A DNA stretch of 30,974 nucleotides, from positions 1 through 30,974 of the forward strand of contig NZ_LWLG01000021.1 in NCBI RefSeq assembly GCF_001652585.1. The letters are read 5' to 3'. Position 1 is the first letter of the stretch. Every line of letters starts with the position of its first letter. The DNA comes from Thermosulfurimonas dismutans (GTDB lineage: Bacteria; Desulfobacterota; Thermodesulfobacteria; Thermodesulfobacteriales; Thermodesulfobacteriaceae). A model generated the notes under the pieces. It was not told where the DNA came from and did no database searches. It saw nothing but the letters and a program-made list of their open reading frames with translations. A program made the position numbers and the translations under genes. Of the stretch, positions 15,846 through 25,853 are shown piece after piece.

Positions 15846-17305
15846 TCTTTGTCCGTGAGTGCCAGTAGCTCCGAGGAAGTAGTAAGACCGGCAAGGACCT
15901 TCTCTAGAGCATCCTGCCGCAAGATTTTGAACTTCCCCTTTAGAGCCTCATTACGAATTTCATTGGCATTTGGGGTGGTTAGAATTAAATTTTTTAATTT
16001 TTCATCCAACTCCAACACTTCAAAAATCCCAATTCGACCTTTATAGCCCGTTCCCAAACATTCATCACATCCCCTACCCCGGTAAAGTTCGCCATCAAAA
16101 TTCTCCGGAAGACCCAGAGCCTTCAATTCTTCCAGTGAGGGACGGTAGGGTTCACGACAGTGGGGACATATCCTTCGGACCAGGCGCTGAGCAATGACTC
16201 CCTCAAAAGAAGAAGCTATGAGGTAAGGCTCGATCCCCATGTCCACCAAGCGTGTTATGGCTGTGGGGGCATCGTTGGTGTGAAGAGTTGAGAGAACCAG
16301 ATGTCCGGTGAGGGCGGCGTGAATTGAAATCTCAGCGGTCTCGTTATCACGGATCTCTCCCACCAAAATAACATCTGGATCCTGGCGCAAAATGGAACGC
16401 AGACCCGCGGCGAAGGTAAGACCCACTTTGGGATTGACCTGTACCTGTCCCAGGCCACTCACCTGGTACTCCACCGGGTCCTCGATAGTAATGATGTTCT
16501 TGTGCGGATAAAGCTCGCGCACGAGAAGCAACATGGCATAGAGAGTGGTGGACTTTCCCGCACCCGTGGGACCAGTAGCTAGAATAAGACCATACGGTTT
16601 TTTGGCCAGTCGCACTATTTTGTGATAGTCTTCCTCAGAAAGCCCTAGTTCCTCAAGCATTAAAAGTCGATTACTTTTATCAAGTAATCTCAAGACAACC
16701 CTTTCTCCGAAAATAGTGGGGAGCACAGAAACACGAATATCGAGTTCCCTCTCGCCTATCTTTATGCGCATACGACCATCTTGGGGAACAAGCTTTTCGG
16801 CTACATTCAAATTAGACATAACCTTTATACGGGCAACAACCTGGGAATATATACGCATAGGGAACCGTTGATACTCGTGAAGAACTCCGTCGAGACGAAG
16901 CTTAATGAGGGCTTCCTTTTCTCCAGGATCAAAATGAATATCCGAAGCCCCTACACGAGAAGCCTTAATGAGCACACGATTTATAAGATTAACCACAGGA
17001 GCCTCAGAATAAACATTAAGGAGGTCGAGAGAACCCTTTTTTTCCCCCTCTTCACCCTCCTCGGAAAGACTAATCTCCTTGAGTTCCGAAAGCAGTCTTT
17101 CAAGTTTTTCCGAAAATTCCTCCAGACTAATCTTCCGTTTTTTGAAAGGTCTTTGGAGAAGAAACCTCACCTCCTCAATAGAATCCTTCGGAGTCTGCTC
17201 CGTAAAATAAAGACAAGGTTCCTCTCCATCCCATTCCAGAATAACCCGCCGTTTCTGAAAGTAAGAGCTACTCCAAGGAGTCAGCTTTTTTCGAGCTACA
17301 GGCAT
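15842..17305 (-). CDS. gspE: T2SS ATPase GspE
   Basis: Walker A GPTGAGKSTT. Asp box and Walker B ILVGEIRD. His box LTGHLVLSTLHTN. Tetracysteine CPHC...CDEC followed by GYKGRIGIFEV. Confidence 0.95.
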   Translation of the reverse strand: MPVARKKLTPWSSSYFQKRRVILEWDGEEPCLYFTEQTPKDSIEEVRFLLQRPFKKRKISLEEFSEKLERLLSELKEISLSEEGEEGEKKGSLDLLNVYSEAPVVNLINRVLIKASRVGASDIHFDPGEKEALIKLRLDGVLHEYQRFPMRIYSQVVARIKVMSNLNVAEKLVPQDGRMRIKIGERELDIRVSVLPTIFGERVVLRLLDKSNRLLMLEELGLSEEDYHKIVRLAKKPYGLILATGPTGAGKSTTLYAMLLLVRELYPHKNIITIEDPVEYQVSGLGQVQVNPKVGLTFAAGLRSILRQDPDVILVGEIRDNETAEISIHAALTGHLVLSTLHTNDAPTAITRLVDMGIEPYLIASSFEGVIAQRLVRRICPHCREPYRPSLEELKALGLPENFDGELYRGRGCDECLGTGYKGRIGIFEVLELDEKLKNLILTTPNANEIRNEALKGKFKILRQDALEKVLAGLTTSSELLALTDKE

Positions 17306-17320
17306 AATTAACTAGAATTT

Positions 17321-18505
17321 TCAACTTTTCATCTTCAATACCGCAATACCCGGGAGCTCCTTGCCCTCGAGGAACTCCAAAAAGGCTCCCCCTCCCGTGG
17401 AAAGGTAGGAGAAAGCGTGGATCACACCCGCTTTCCTTATAGCCGAAAGGGTGTCTCCGCCTCCAGCAAGAGTCAAGGCCGAACTCTCCGCTATGGCCCG
17501 AGCTATACCGACGGTACCCTTTGCAAAAGGAGGTTTTTCAAAAAGTCCAAGAGGCCCGTTCCAAACAATGGTTCCGGCCTCAGAAAGGGCTCCAGAAAAG
17601 AGTCTTACGGTCTCGGACCCAATATCATAGATAGCCGCCTCTGCCAGAACCTCCGATACCGAAACCTCCTGCATCCCCCTACCCTCCTCGTCCTCGGCCA
17701 CTACCGCGTCCACAGGGAGATAAACCTTTACTCCTCTTTCATCCGCTGAAAGCAGGATCTCCCTTGCGGTCTCTAGCTCGGAATCCTCAACCAACGACTT
17801 TCCGAGACTCAGGCCCTCGGCCGCAAGGAAAGTGTTGGCCATAGCCCCGCCAATGATCAGCTTGTCCACTTTGGAAATAAGGTTCCGTAAGACTTCGATT
17901 TTGCCAGAGATTTTGGCTCCACCTACAACGGCCACAAAGGGCTTTTCCGGGGCCTCAAGGGCCCTGGTGAGGTAATCTACCTCTCGTTTTAGCTGAAACC
18001 CGGCCGCAGCCGCCGGAACCCTTTCCGGAATTCCTACTACGGAGGCGTGCGCCCGGTGACTCACCGAAAAGGCGTCATTTACATAGACCTCGCATAGCCT
18101 AGCTAATGCCTCCGCAAATGCGGGATCGTTTTTAGTCTCCCCTTTGTGAAACCTCAAATTTTCAAGAAGCAAGATCTCCCCATGAGCAAGTTCTTCTACG
18201 GCCCTCTCCGCCACCTCTCCGATACAGTCTTCCGCAAAACGTACTGATTTTCCAAGTAGTTCTGATAGCTTTACGGCTACCGGTTTGAGGGAAAGCTCTG
18301 GAACCCGCTGGCCTTTCGGCCTACCAAGATGGGAACAAAGAATGATTCGTGCCCCTTTCTCCATTAGGTATTTTATAGTAGCCAAGCTTGCCCTTATGCG
18401 GGTATCGTCTACCACCTGCCCCTGAGAAAGGGGCACGTTATAGTCCACTCGTACAAGGACACGCCTTCCAGCAACTTCTATTTGGGAAAGATCTCTTATT
18501 CCCAT
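17321..18505 (-). CDS. pgk: Phosphoglycerate kinase
   Basis: RVLVRVDYNVPL, ILCSHLGRPKG, ENLRFHKGE, VNDAFSVSHRAHAS, STGGGAFLEFLEGK. Size is 394 aa. Confidence 0.95.
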   Translation of the reverse strand: MGIRDLSQIEVAGRRVLVRVDYNVPLSQGQVVDDTRIRASLATIKYLMEKGARIILCSHLGRPKGQRVPELSLKPVAVKLSELLGKSVRFAEDCIGEVAERAVEELAHGEILLLENLRFHKGETKNDPAFAEALARLCEVYVNDAFSVSHRAHASVVGIPERVPAAAAGFQLKREVDYLTRALEAPEKPFVAVVGGAKISGKIEVLRNLISKVDKLIIGGAMANTFLAAEGLSLGKSLVEDSELETAREILLSADERGVKVYLPVDAVVAEDEEGRGMQEVSVSEVLAEAAIYDIGSETVRLFSGALSEAGTIVWNGPLGLFEKPPFAKGTVGIARAIAESSALTLAGGGDTLSAIRKAGVIHAFSYLSTGGGAFLEFLEGKELPGIAVLKMKS

Positions 18506-18517
18506 CTCTCGGCCTCC

Positions 18518-19756
18518 TTAAAACATCTTCTCTGCAATATGAACCGTTAGATCACCCAGCATAGTCACGTAAGAACCAAATTCATTGTCATACCAGCCGT
18601 AAACCACCGCTTGAGTGATGGGAACTTCCACTTGGGCACAGGAAAGCCCCTTTACCTCTTCAGGGGTTATGCCCTTGCAGGCCTTGGATAGATCTACCCG
18701 GGCCAAAGCCGTGCGGGTATGGGTCTCGGCTCCCTCGATAATGGCCGCCGCCCGGGGGTAACCGATGATGTCTGTGGAGACGTTCTGCTCCAAGGTAAAG
18801 ACTAGGTAGGGCTTATACGGTCCCTCTGCAGCCTGACGATAAATCTCGTTTATGGTCTCCCGGGTTATACGGTTCTCAAGACTCTCGTCCTGGATGTTTA
18901 CCACCAGGACGATAAGGCTACCAGTGGTAGTGGGAATCCGTACGCTTTCTGCCATGAAACCTACACGCTTCATCTCCGGAATGACCAAGCCAAGGGCATC
19001 GGCCGCCCCAGTGGTGGTGAGGATGATATTGTTGAAGATACTTCTGGTCTTCCGCAGATCTTTGGCCCCGGACTTTGGGGGTTTATCGAGCACGGACTGG
19101 GAATTGGTAACCGCATGCACGGTCACCATCGAGGCCGAAAGGATACGGTCAGGTCCAAAGTGGTCTAGAAGGGGTTTTACCATGTAAGCCAAACAGGTAG
19201 TAGTGCAGGAAGCCGCAGAAATAACCCGATGCTTCTCAGGCCGATACGTCTCCTCGTTTATTCCATAGACCACGGTTACAGAGTCTTCGGGAAAGCCCTT
19301 CTCCTTATCTTTGAGTTTAAAAGGTGCCGAAAGGATGACCTTCTCCGCGCCGGCGGCCAGATGGCCCCTAAGCGCACCTTTAGGATCGTCAGGCTCGGCT
19401 TGGGGATTCCTAAAGACTCCTGTGGTATCCACCACCAGACGTACCCCCTCTTCCTTCCACTTGATATCCTTGGGGTTTCGGCTCTCGCGCAAAATCTTTA
19501 CCGGCACCCCATCTATGGTCATGGTGCCTTCCTTATCGTTCAGATTCTCGATTACCCGCCCGCCTTTATAACCATAGAGGTAATTAGAAAGCCGGCCATA
19601 GGTGCTATCCTTCTCAAGGTAAGAAGCTAGGTCCTCAAGGGACCTACCAATTTCACGGCCGGTATTTATCACGATTTCGGAAAAATATTTGCGGGCCACA
19701 TGATGCCACAAAGTGAGCTTTCCAATTCGTCCCAAACCATTGATCCCTAGTTTCAT
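18518..19756 (-). CDS. Long-form glyceraldehyde-3-phosphate dehydrogenase paralog (412 aa, with insertions)
   Basis: INGLGRIGK dinucleotide fold. Catalytic ASCTTTCLA and TVHAVTNSQ. C-terminal WYDNEFGY. It lacks the acidic residue after beta-2 (VINTGRE, versus AINDLTD in the neighbouring canonical gap). Confidence 0.8.
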   Translation of the reverse strand: MKLGINGLGRIGKLTLWHHVARKYFSEIVINTGREIGRSLEDLASYLEKDSTYGRLSNYLYGYKGGRVIENLNDKEGTMTIDGVPVKILRESRNPKDIKWKEEGVRLVVDTTGVFRNPQAEPDDPKGALRGHLAAGAEKVILSAPFKLKDKEKGFPEDSVTVVYGINEETYRPEKHRVISAASCTTTCLAYMVKPLLDHFGPDRILSASMVTVHAVTNSQSVLDKPPKSGAKDLRKTRSIFNNIILTTTGAADALGLVIPEMKRVGFMAESVRIPTTTGSLIVLVVNIQDESLENRITRETINEIYRQAAEGPYKPYLVFTLEQNVSTDIIGYPRAAAIIEGAETHTRTALARVDLSKACKGITPEEVKGLSCAQVEVPITQAVVYGWYDNEFGSYVTMLGDLTVHIAEKMF

Positions 19757-19782
19757 CTCCCCCTCCTTTCCTTAAAGTTTCA

Positions 19783-22700
19783 TTAACCGGGATAGAGCCC
19801 GGCTACTTCCCTTATGGGATGTTTACCTAAATATACGTTTCCCCTCAAGCCATCAATACTTATCCAGTCCCCAAGTCTCACGTAACGGCCATTAAAACGG
19901 GCCACCTTCTGATCTTCATCGATAATAAGATTCTCGCATCCCACCACACAAGTTTTGCCCAATCTTGAGGCTACAATGGCCGCATGGGAAGTCTGGCCTC
20001 CGCGGGCCGTGAGTAAACCATCAGCCTGACTGATCTCTTTGATGTCATCCGGCACGGTATCGTAACGTATCAGAATGAAGGGAGTCTCTGGGTCCTCCCG
20101 ACGAAGCCTTTCTATGTCCTCAAGGCTAAAAACCACCCTTCCTGAAAGGGCCCCTCCGGAAACCCCGATACCCTTTCCCAGAAAATATCTCTCAAGCTCC
20201 GCAACATTCTCAAAGATCCGGATACGGGGCCGCTCCTCCTGAGTAACCATGTCCCGCACCTGAAGAATATATAAATCTTCTTTATGCAATCCTTCAAAAG
20301 TAAACTCTATCTCCTGATGAGACCACTTCTTTTCGTAAACTAGATATTGAGCGATCTCAAAAAGGGCCCGATAGATTTCAGGAAAGGCCTCCTCAAGGGA
20401 AGGGCCCTCCCGGTTCTCTCGTTTCTTCTGCTCGATGGAAATAGGAAAGGTATTCACTAGTCCAGAAACGATGTCTTCCCCCTGGTTGCCAGGGGTATAA
20501 TCTCCCCAAAGTGCGATGCGGGAAAGTTTTCCGTATGGCGGAGCTGTAAAGACCACTCCGGTCCCGGAGTTGAGGCTCAGGTTTCCAAAAGTCATGGCCT
20601 GAACAATCACGGCTGTACCCCAGAAGTCGGAAATGCCCATAATTTCTCTATAAATCCGGGCTTTTCGGGCCTGCCACGAGGCAAAGATAAGTTCAAGGGA
20701 TCGAGCCAGTTGCTCCCAGGGATCATCTGGAATCTCTATACCGTGACTCTCGACCATCTTTCGGTAGAGGAGAGCCAGCTCCCGCATTTCCTCTCCAGAG
20801 AACTCCCGTTTCTTACGCACCCTGTAGAGCCTCTTGTGGGCCCGCATGAGCTGGTTAAAAAGTTCTCGGCCAAGGCCATGAGCCATAGCCCAACTCTGTA
20901 CAAAACGACGGTAGGTGTCCCAAGCAAACCAGAGATTGCCAGTCTTTTCCGCCAAGGCCTCTATAATCTCGGGATTGGAACCCAGATTGAGGATAGTGGA
21001 CATCATACCTGGCATGGAAATAGCCGCCCCGCTCCTTACCGAAAGAAGCAAGGGATTTTCCGGAGAACCAAACCTTTTCCCGGTATCCTTCTCAAGCCCC
21101 CGGATGCTTTCTTCAATACGAGCCAGAAGATCCTCCCTAGTTTCTCGATACTTGTAGATCACTGATTTGCAACGAAAGACCTCGGTAGTAATCACAAATC
21201 CCGGAGGCACACGGATACCCTCCTCCACCAGGAGGAGAAGATTATAGGCCTTATTACCCAGATGGATGAGATCTCGGGTCAAGGGGTTGGGATTTCTCAA
21301 ACAGCAAAGGGCCCGATCCGGGTCATAGCTCATAAGAAGATCTAGATCTCGTGGCTCAAGACGCTCTCTCTGCTTGAGGAGTATTTGATAGACCCTGGAA
21401 ACAAAGTTATCGAGGGACTGGAGGACAAAAGAAGAGGTCACCAGGTCCCGGGTAAAGTTTTCCGTAATTCGGTGAATGAACTCCTCCTCCGAAAGCCCTT
21501 GGGTACCTCGCCGATATAATGGAAGAAGGTGTTTTCGGCCGGTCTGTCTCAAAATGATGGAGAGATTCTCAAGATGGGGACTCACGTAGTAGGCCTTGAT
21601 GATGTGTTTGACCCCTTCAAGGAGACCTCGGAAAATGTCCAGATACTGGGTATAGGTAAAACGTCGCATCTCAAGCGAGGCCTCGAGGAGTTGGAGGTAA
21701 ATATCAAATTTTTTCGAAGAGATGCCCTCCACTTCCAGAGCCTTACGAAAAAGCTTCAAATACCTGAGGATCTTAAAGAAGGTCGCCCGGGTAATAAAGC
21801 GAGGATCGAAATTCTGGACTAATTCTTCGAAATAATTTCGGGCCAGGACCTCCAGTCGAAAAGTCAGCCCCAGGGCATCGAACTTCTTCTCGTGATAGCG
21901 GCCGTACATAGAAGGAATATCGGCCGCTATATGTCGCTTGAGATAAATGTCTTCCCTGGGCTCATATCTCTGCGGTGAAAGGATGATGTTTTTCAAATAC
22001 TCCAGATAGTCCAAGAGGGCCGAAAGACGGCTTTCAAGCCCCTCCTCCGAAAGAGCCGCAAGGAGCTCCTCTACCCCTTCAAAGCCCCAATATTTAGCCT
22101 GCAGGAGATACTCTCGAAGGTCTTCCGGGGAAAAACTGTATTTTTGATGTTCGAGTTTGTACATTTGGTAAAGTAGAAAGACTCGCCTCCTCTCCTTCTC
22201 ACTAGTCTTAACCCTAGCAAGGATCGCCTCCACTTCTTCGGAGGAATGCTCCAGGAGCTCATCGGGGCTCTTTATCCCCAGACTATCAAAAAGGGCTTTG
22301 GTGACCTCATGGGCCTTCTTAGTAAAGGGAGCTTTGGGATCAAGACTTTCCCAAAGACTTTTGGGAATAAAGGGTTTAAGGGGACGCTTATCTAGCGTCC
22401 GCCAGTAATCAAAAATAGCCGCGATGAAGTCTAAAATGAGGTTCGAACTCTCCACATGGCTTTGTTTCCGGAGAAAATGGATAAGGGGGTCCTTACGGTT
22501 ATAAATTTCGTCGATTTCAGTTGAAACGTCCCTCAATAGCCCTTCGGCACCGATCTCGTTGAAATAAACCGGAAGCAGCCTACAGAATTGCTTGACCAGA
22601 TGGTAAACAGGAGCAATATCGGCGTTAAGGAGCCGGGTAACGTCTTTTTGGAAAAGATCGGTGTCCCGAATACAAGTTCCAGCCAGTTTTAAATTAATGA

Positions 22701-23940
22701 TGAGAGCTGAAAGAAGAGTCACGCACCACTTGGGATTCTTCTCGAAAATTTCAAGCCAGACGCGTATGTTAAGAAGATGGGCCGGATTACAGAGAACGTG
22801 CCACTCCTGATCCACCCCTTTGATTTCTGGATATTGGAACCCGAACTTGACCACCTCTTCCACAAAGATCTCAGCTAAATGTGGATCTTCCCTCTCCAGA
22901 ATCTCAAACCCCAGGTTCTTGATACACTGAAGAGCAGTCCAGGGGAAAAGCCTGACCTTCTCTTTAAGAAGTTCAAAAGTTTTATAGATCAGACGATCGA
23001 GATTCTCGGGGGGCTCTTTTCTTATCACGGCCACTAGGGCCCGGTTGATCTCCCTCAGGACTTCCTCGTGGATAAGGGATAAAGCCGGGTTTTCAGCCAT
23101 TTTAAATAGAAAGAGGAGCTTGAGATCCTCAAGATTTCCCTTCTTAGAAGAAAGGGCCTCTAGTTTTTCTGGAACTTCCCTAAAGCTGCGTATCAGTTCC
23201 AGATGATCCGGAAGTTTGAGTAGATCTTCCAGTTTAGGAGAACTCATGCTCTTTAAGGTCTTGAGATAAGAGCGCAGGGTTCTTGCAGAAACCGGCTTAA
23301 TAATATCCACATAGCCAGGGACCTCGACAAACCATTTCTCAGGATCCGAGGCCGAAAGCCAGGCCTTGTAGGTAAGAAAAAGACTTTTCTTCACGAGGTC
23401 CACCAGGGATCCGGGAGGAGGGAGTGGACTCTTGAGGAAATACCTTTCAGCCAAACGCTTGAAGGAATGATAGCTCTCAAGAAAGACCAGCAACCGATCC
23501 TCTGGAAGTCCGGAAAGGGCCCGGAAAACCTCTTCGAAAACCGGAAGATAACGCGGCCAATCCTTTTTCTCTAAGCTCTCGAAGGCCTTTTCTAGAACCG
23601 AGAAAATCCCCTCCCCAGCCTGAAGCCAAAGTTCCCTCTTCTTGTCTCCAAGGCCAAGGAAAAAGAGATCCATAATGGCCCAGAGGGCTTGAGGACCTTT
23701 CTCACGGGGGGCCAGCACTCGAAAATTCTTGAGGGCAAAGGAACGAAGGTCGGAAAGAACCAGTCTCAGATTGCGATAGGGATGATAGGCCTCGCGCAGA
23801 AGTTCTTCGGCCTGTTTCTCAAGGCCCCGGTAACCCGAGACCGCCTCCACCAAAACTAAGTGCTGTTCATCAAGCCTGATCTCCGTAACGGCCGTCTCGG
23901 CCAGATTGGCAAGCAGGGCCTTGGAGGTGAAGGCCGGCAT
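19783..23940 (-). CDS. PPDK-like dikinase-family protein: about 880-aa unrecognised helical N-terminal region + PPDK ATP-grasp (nucleotide-binding) domain + phosphohistidine swivel domain; no PEP/pyruvate TIM-barrel domain
   Basis: From about aa 890: HLGNKAYNLLLLVEEGIRVPPGFVITTEVF, NPLLLSVRSGAAISMPGMMSTILNLG, FAWDTYRRFVQ, GTAVIVQAMTFGN, SGTGVVFT, GNQGEDIVSG, ILIRYDTVPDDI, LLTARGGQTSHAAIVASRLGKTCVVG (His codon at 19984-19986), ISIDGLRGNVYLG. A stop follows 18 codons later. The next gene starts 27 nt downstream with a strong SD. Confidence 0.8.
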   Translation of the reverse strand: MPAFTSKALLANLAETAVTEIRLDEQHLVLVEAVSGYRGLEKQAEELLREAYHPYRNLRLVLSDLRSFALKNFRVLAPREKGPQALWAIMDLFFLGLGDKKRELWLQAGEGIFSVLEKAFESLEKKDWPRYLPVFEEVFRALSGLPEDRLLVFLESYHSFKRLAERYFLKSPLPPPGSLVDLVKKSLFLTYKAWLSASDPEKWFVEVPGYVDIIKPVSARTLRSYLKTLKSMSSPKLEDLLKLPDHLELIRSFREVPEKLEALSSKKGNLEDLKLLFLFKMAENPALSLIHEEVLREINRALVAVIRKEPPENLDRLIYKTFELLKEKVRLFPWTALQCIKNLGFEILEREDPHLAEIFVEEVVKFGFQYPEIKGVDQEWHVLCNPAHLLNIRVWLEIFEKNPKWCVTLLSALIINLKLAGTCIRDTDLFQKDVTRLLNADIAPVYHLVKQFCRLLPVYFNEIGAEGLLRDVSTEIDEIYNRKDPLIHFLRKQSHVESSNLILDFIAAIFDYWRTLDKRPLKPFIPKSLWESLDPKAPFTKKAHEVTKALFDSLGIKSPDELLEHSSEEVEAILARVKTSEKERRRVFLLYQMYKLEHQKYSFSPEDLREYLLQAKYWGFEGVEELLAALSEEGLESRLSALLDYLEYLKNIILSPQRYEPREDIYLKRHIAADIPSMYGRYHEKKFDALGLTFRLEVLARNYFEELVQNFDPRFITRATFFKILRYLKLFRKALEVEGISSKKFDIYLQLLEASLEMRRFTYTQYLDIFRGLLEGVKHIIKAYYVSPHLENLSIILRQTGRKHLLPLYRRGTQGLSEEEFIHRITENFTRDLVTSSFVLQSLDNFVSRVYQILLKQRERLEPRDLDLLMSYDPDRALCCLRNPNPLTRDLIHLGNKAYNLLLLVEEGIRVPPGFVITTEVFRCKSVIYKYRETREDLLARIEESIRGLEKDTGKRFGSPENPLLLSVRSGAAISMPGMMSTILNLGSNPEIIEALAEKTGNLWFAWDTYRRFVQSWAMAHGLGRELFNQLMRAHKRLYRVRKKREFSGEEMRELALLYRKMVESHGIEIPDDPWEQLARSLELIFASWQARKARIYREIMGISDFWGTAVIVQAMTFGNLSLNSGTGVVFTAPPYGKLSRIALWGDYTPGNQGEDIVSGLVNTFPISIEQKKRENREGPSLEEAFPEIYRALFEIAQYLVYEKKWSHQEIEFTFEGLHKEDLYILQVRDMVTQEERPRIRIFENVAELERYFLGKGIGVSGGALSGRVVFSLEDIERLRREDPETPFILIRYDTVPDDIKEISQADGLLTARGGQTSHAAIVASRLGKTCVVGCENLIIDEDQKVARFNGRYVRLGDWISIDGLRGNVYLGKHPIREVAGLYPG

Positions 23941-23950
23941 GACCTATAAT

Positions 23951-24979
<1,029 letters not shown>

Positions 24980-24988
24980 TCAGTTTAC

Positions 24989-25017
24989 ATGGTAAGTTTT
25001 CAAGCCTCTCAAGTCAA
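24989..25017 (-). promoter_or_regulatory. Putative sigma-70 promoter upstream of gap (TTGACT-17 nt-TACCAT)
   Basis: The - strand reads ccTTGACTtgagaggcttgaaaactTACCATgtaaac..., about 30 nt upstream of SD GGGAGGG and the ATG at 24955. The -35 element overlaps the rimI stop. Confidence 0.35.
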
Positions 25018-25461
25018 GGAAAGCCCCATAAGAAGGGCATCCTCTCCGGTATCCGAGTAATAGCGGGGTCTTCGCCCCTCAAACTTAAAACCCAAACTCT
25101 GGTATAACCGTATGGCGGCCAGATTTCTCTCTCGAACCTCAAGGAGAGCCCTTTTCGCTCCGTAGCGCTTGGCCGTCTCAAGGGCAACTTCAAGGAGCTT
25201 CTTCCCCAATCCCTTTTGGCGATAATCCCTTCTGACAGCAAGATTGGCCAGATGCATCTCATCGGCTATCACCCAGAAACATATGTAACCCAGAATCTCG
25301 CTGGCTTCTTCTATAACCAGAAATACGCCATTTTTCTTTTCAAATTCCTTGAGAAAGGCCTCTTTACTCCAAGGAGTGGGAAAAGACTCCTTCTCAATGG
25401 CGAGAATTTGAGGGAGATCCGAGGACCTAGCCCTTCGTATCCTGATATCTTCAATCCTCAA
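25009..25461 (-). CDS. rimI: GNAT N-acetyltransferase, RimI-like (ribosomal-protein-alanine acetyltransferase)
   Basis: ILAIEKESFPTPWSKEAFLKEF and the acetyl-CoA motif RRDYRQKGLGKKLLE. Size is 150 aa. The apparent start is TTG. Confidence 0.7.
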   Translation of the reverse strand: MRIEDIRIRRARSSDLPQILAIEKESFPTPWSKEAFLKEFEKKNGVFLVIEEASEILGYICFWVIADEMHLANLAVRRDYRQKGLGKKLLEVALETAKRYGAKRALLEVRERNLAAIRLYQSLGFKFEGRRPRYYSDTGEDALLMGLSLT

Positions 25462-25846
25462 GGAGAGCAGAGGACTTCACGATGGCCTTCTTCCCGGCTT
25501 CGGTCACCAACGCAGCCAGTTCCGCCGGAGGAAGTTCTCGATGCTGAAAGGCCTTGATGAGCATGGGAAGATTTACTCCAGAAACCACCTCCACCTTTCC
25601 CTTTTCAAGAAAAATCAGCCCAAAATTAGAGGGGGTGCCTCCGAAAAGATCCGTGAGGATAAGGACCCCTTGTCCTCGGTCGGCGCGAGAGAGGGTTTCT
25701 TTGATACGATCTCGAATCCTTTCCGGAGACTCGGAAGGATCAATATCCAAGGGAAAAATCCCTTCGCTGTCTTCAAGGATGAAAGCCGCCACTTTAACCA
25801 ATTCCCGCGCCAAATTACCGTGAGCGATAACCACTATACCGGTCAT
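25451..25846 (-). CDS. PTS EIIA component, mannose/fructose (EIIA-Man) family
   Basis: MTGIVVIAHGNLARELVKVAAFI...GVLILTDLFGGTPSN. I prefer the ATG at 25846 (SD GAGGGA, 7 nt after the rapZ stop) over the track's TTG at 25876. Confidence 0.8.
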   Translation of the reverse strand: MTGIVVIAHGNLARELVKVAAFILEDSEGIFPLDIDPSESPERIRDRIKETLSRADRGQGVLILTDLFGGTPSNFGLIFLEKGKVEVVSGVNLPMLIKAFQHRELPPAELAALVTEAGKKAIVKSSALLED

Positions 25847-25853
25847 AATTCCC

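Noticed and set aside
286-17311. Many plus-strand ORFs of 60-240 aa in the supplied track, for example 286-600, 1963-2382, 2937-3488, 4128-4841, 5526-6032, 8115-8780, 11343-11870, 12793-13203 and 16781-17311.
   Set aside because: Each lies antisense to a minus-strand gene that has clear family motifs. Their products are low-complexity (Arg/Pro/Ser/Gly-rich) with no motifs, no SD sites and no sensible spacing. I treat them as shadow ORFs.
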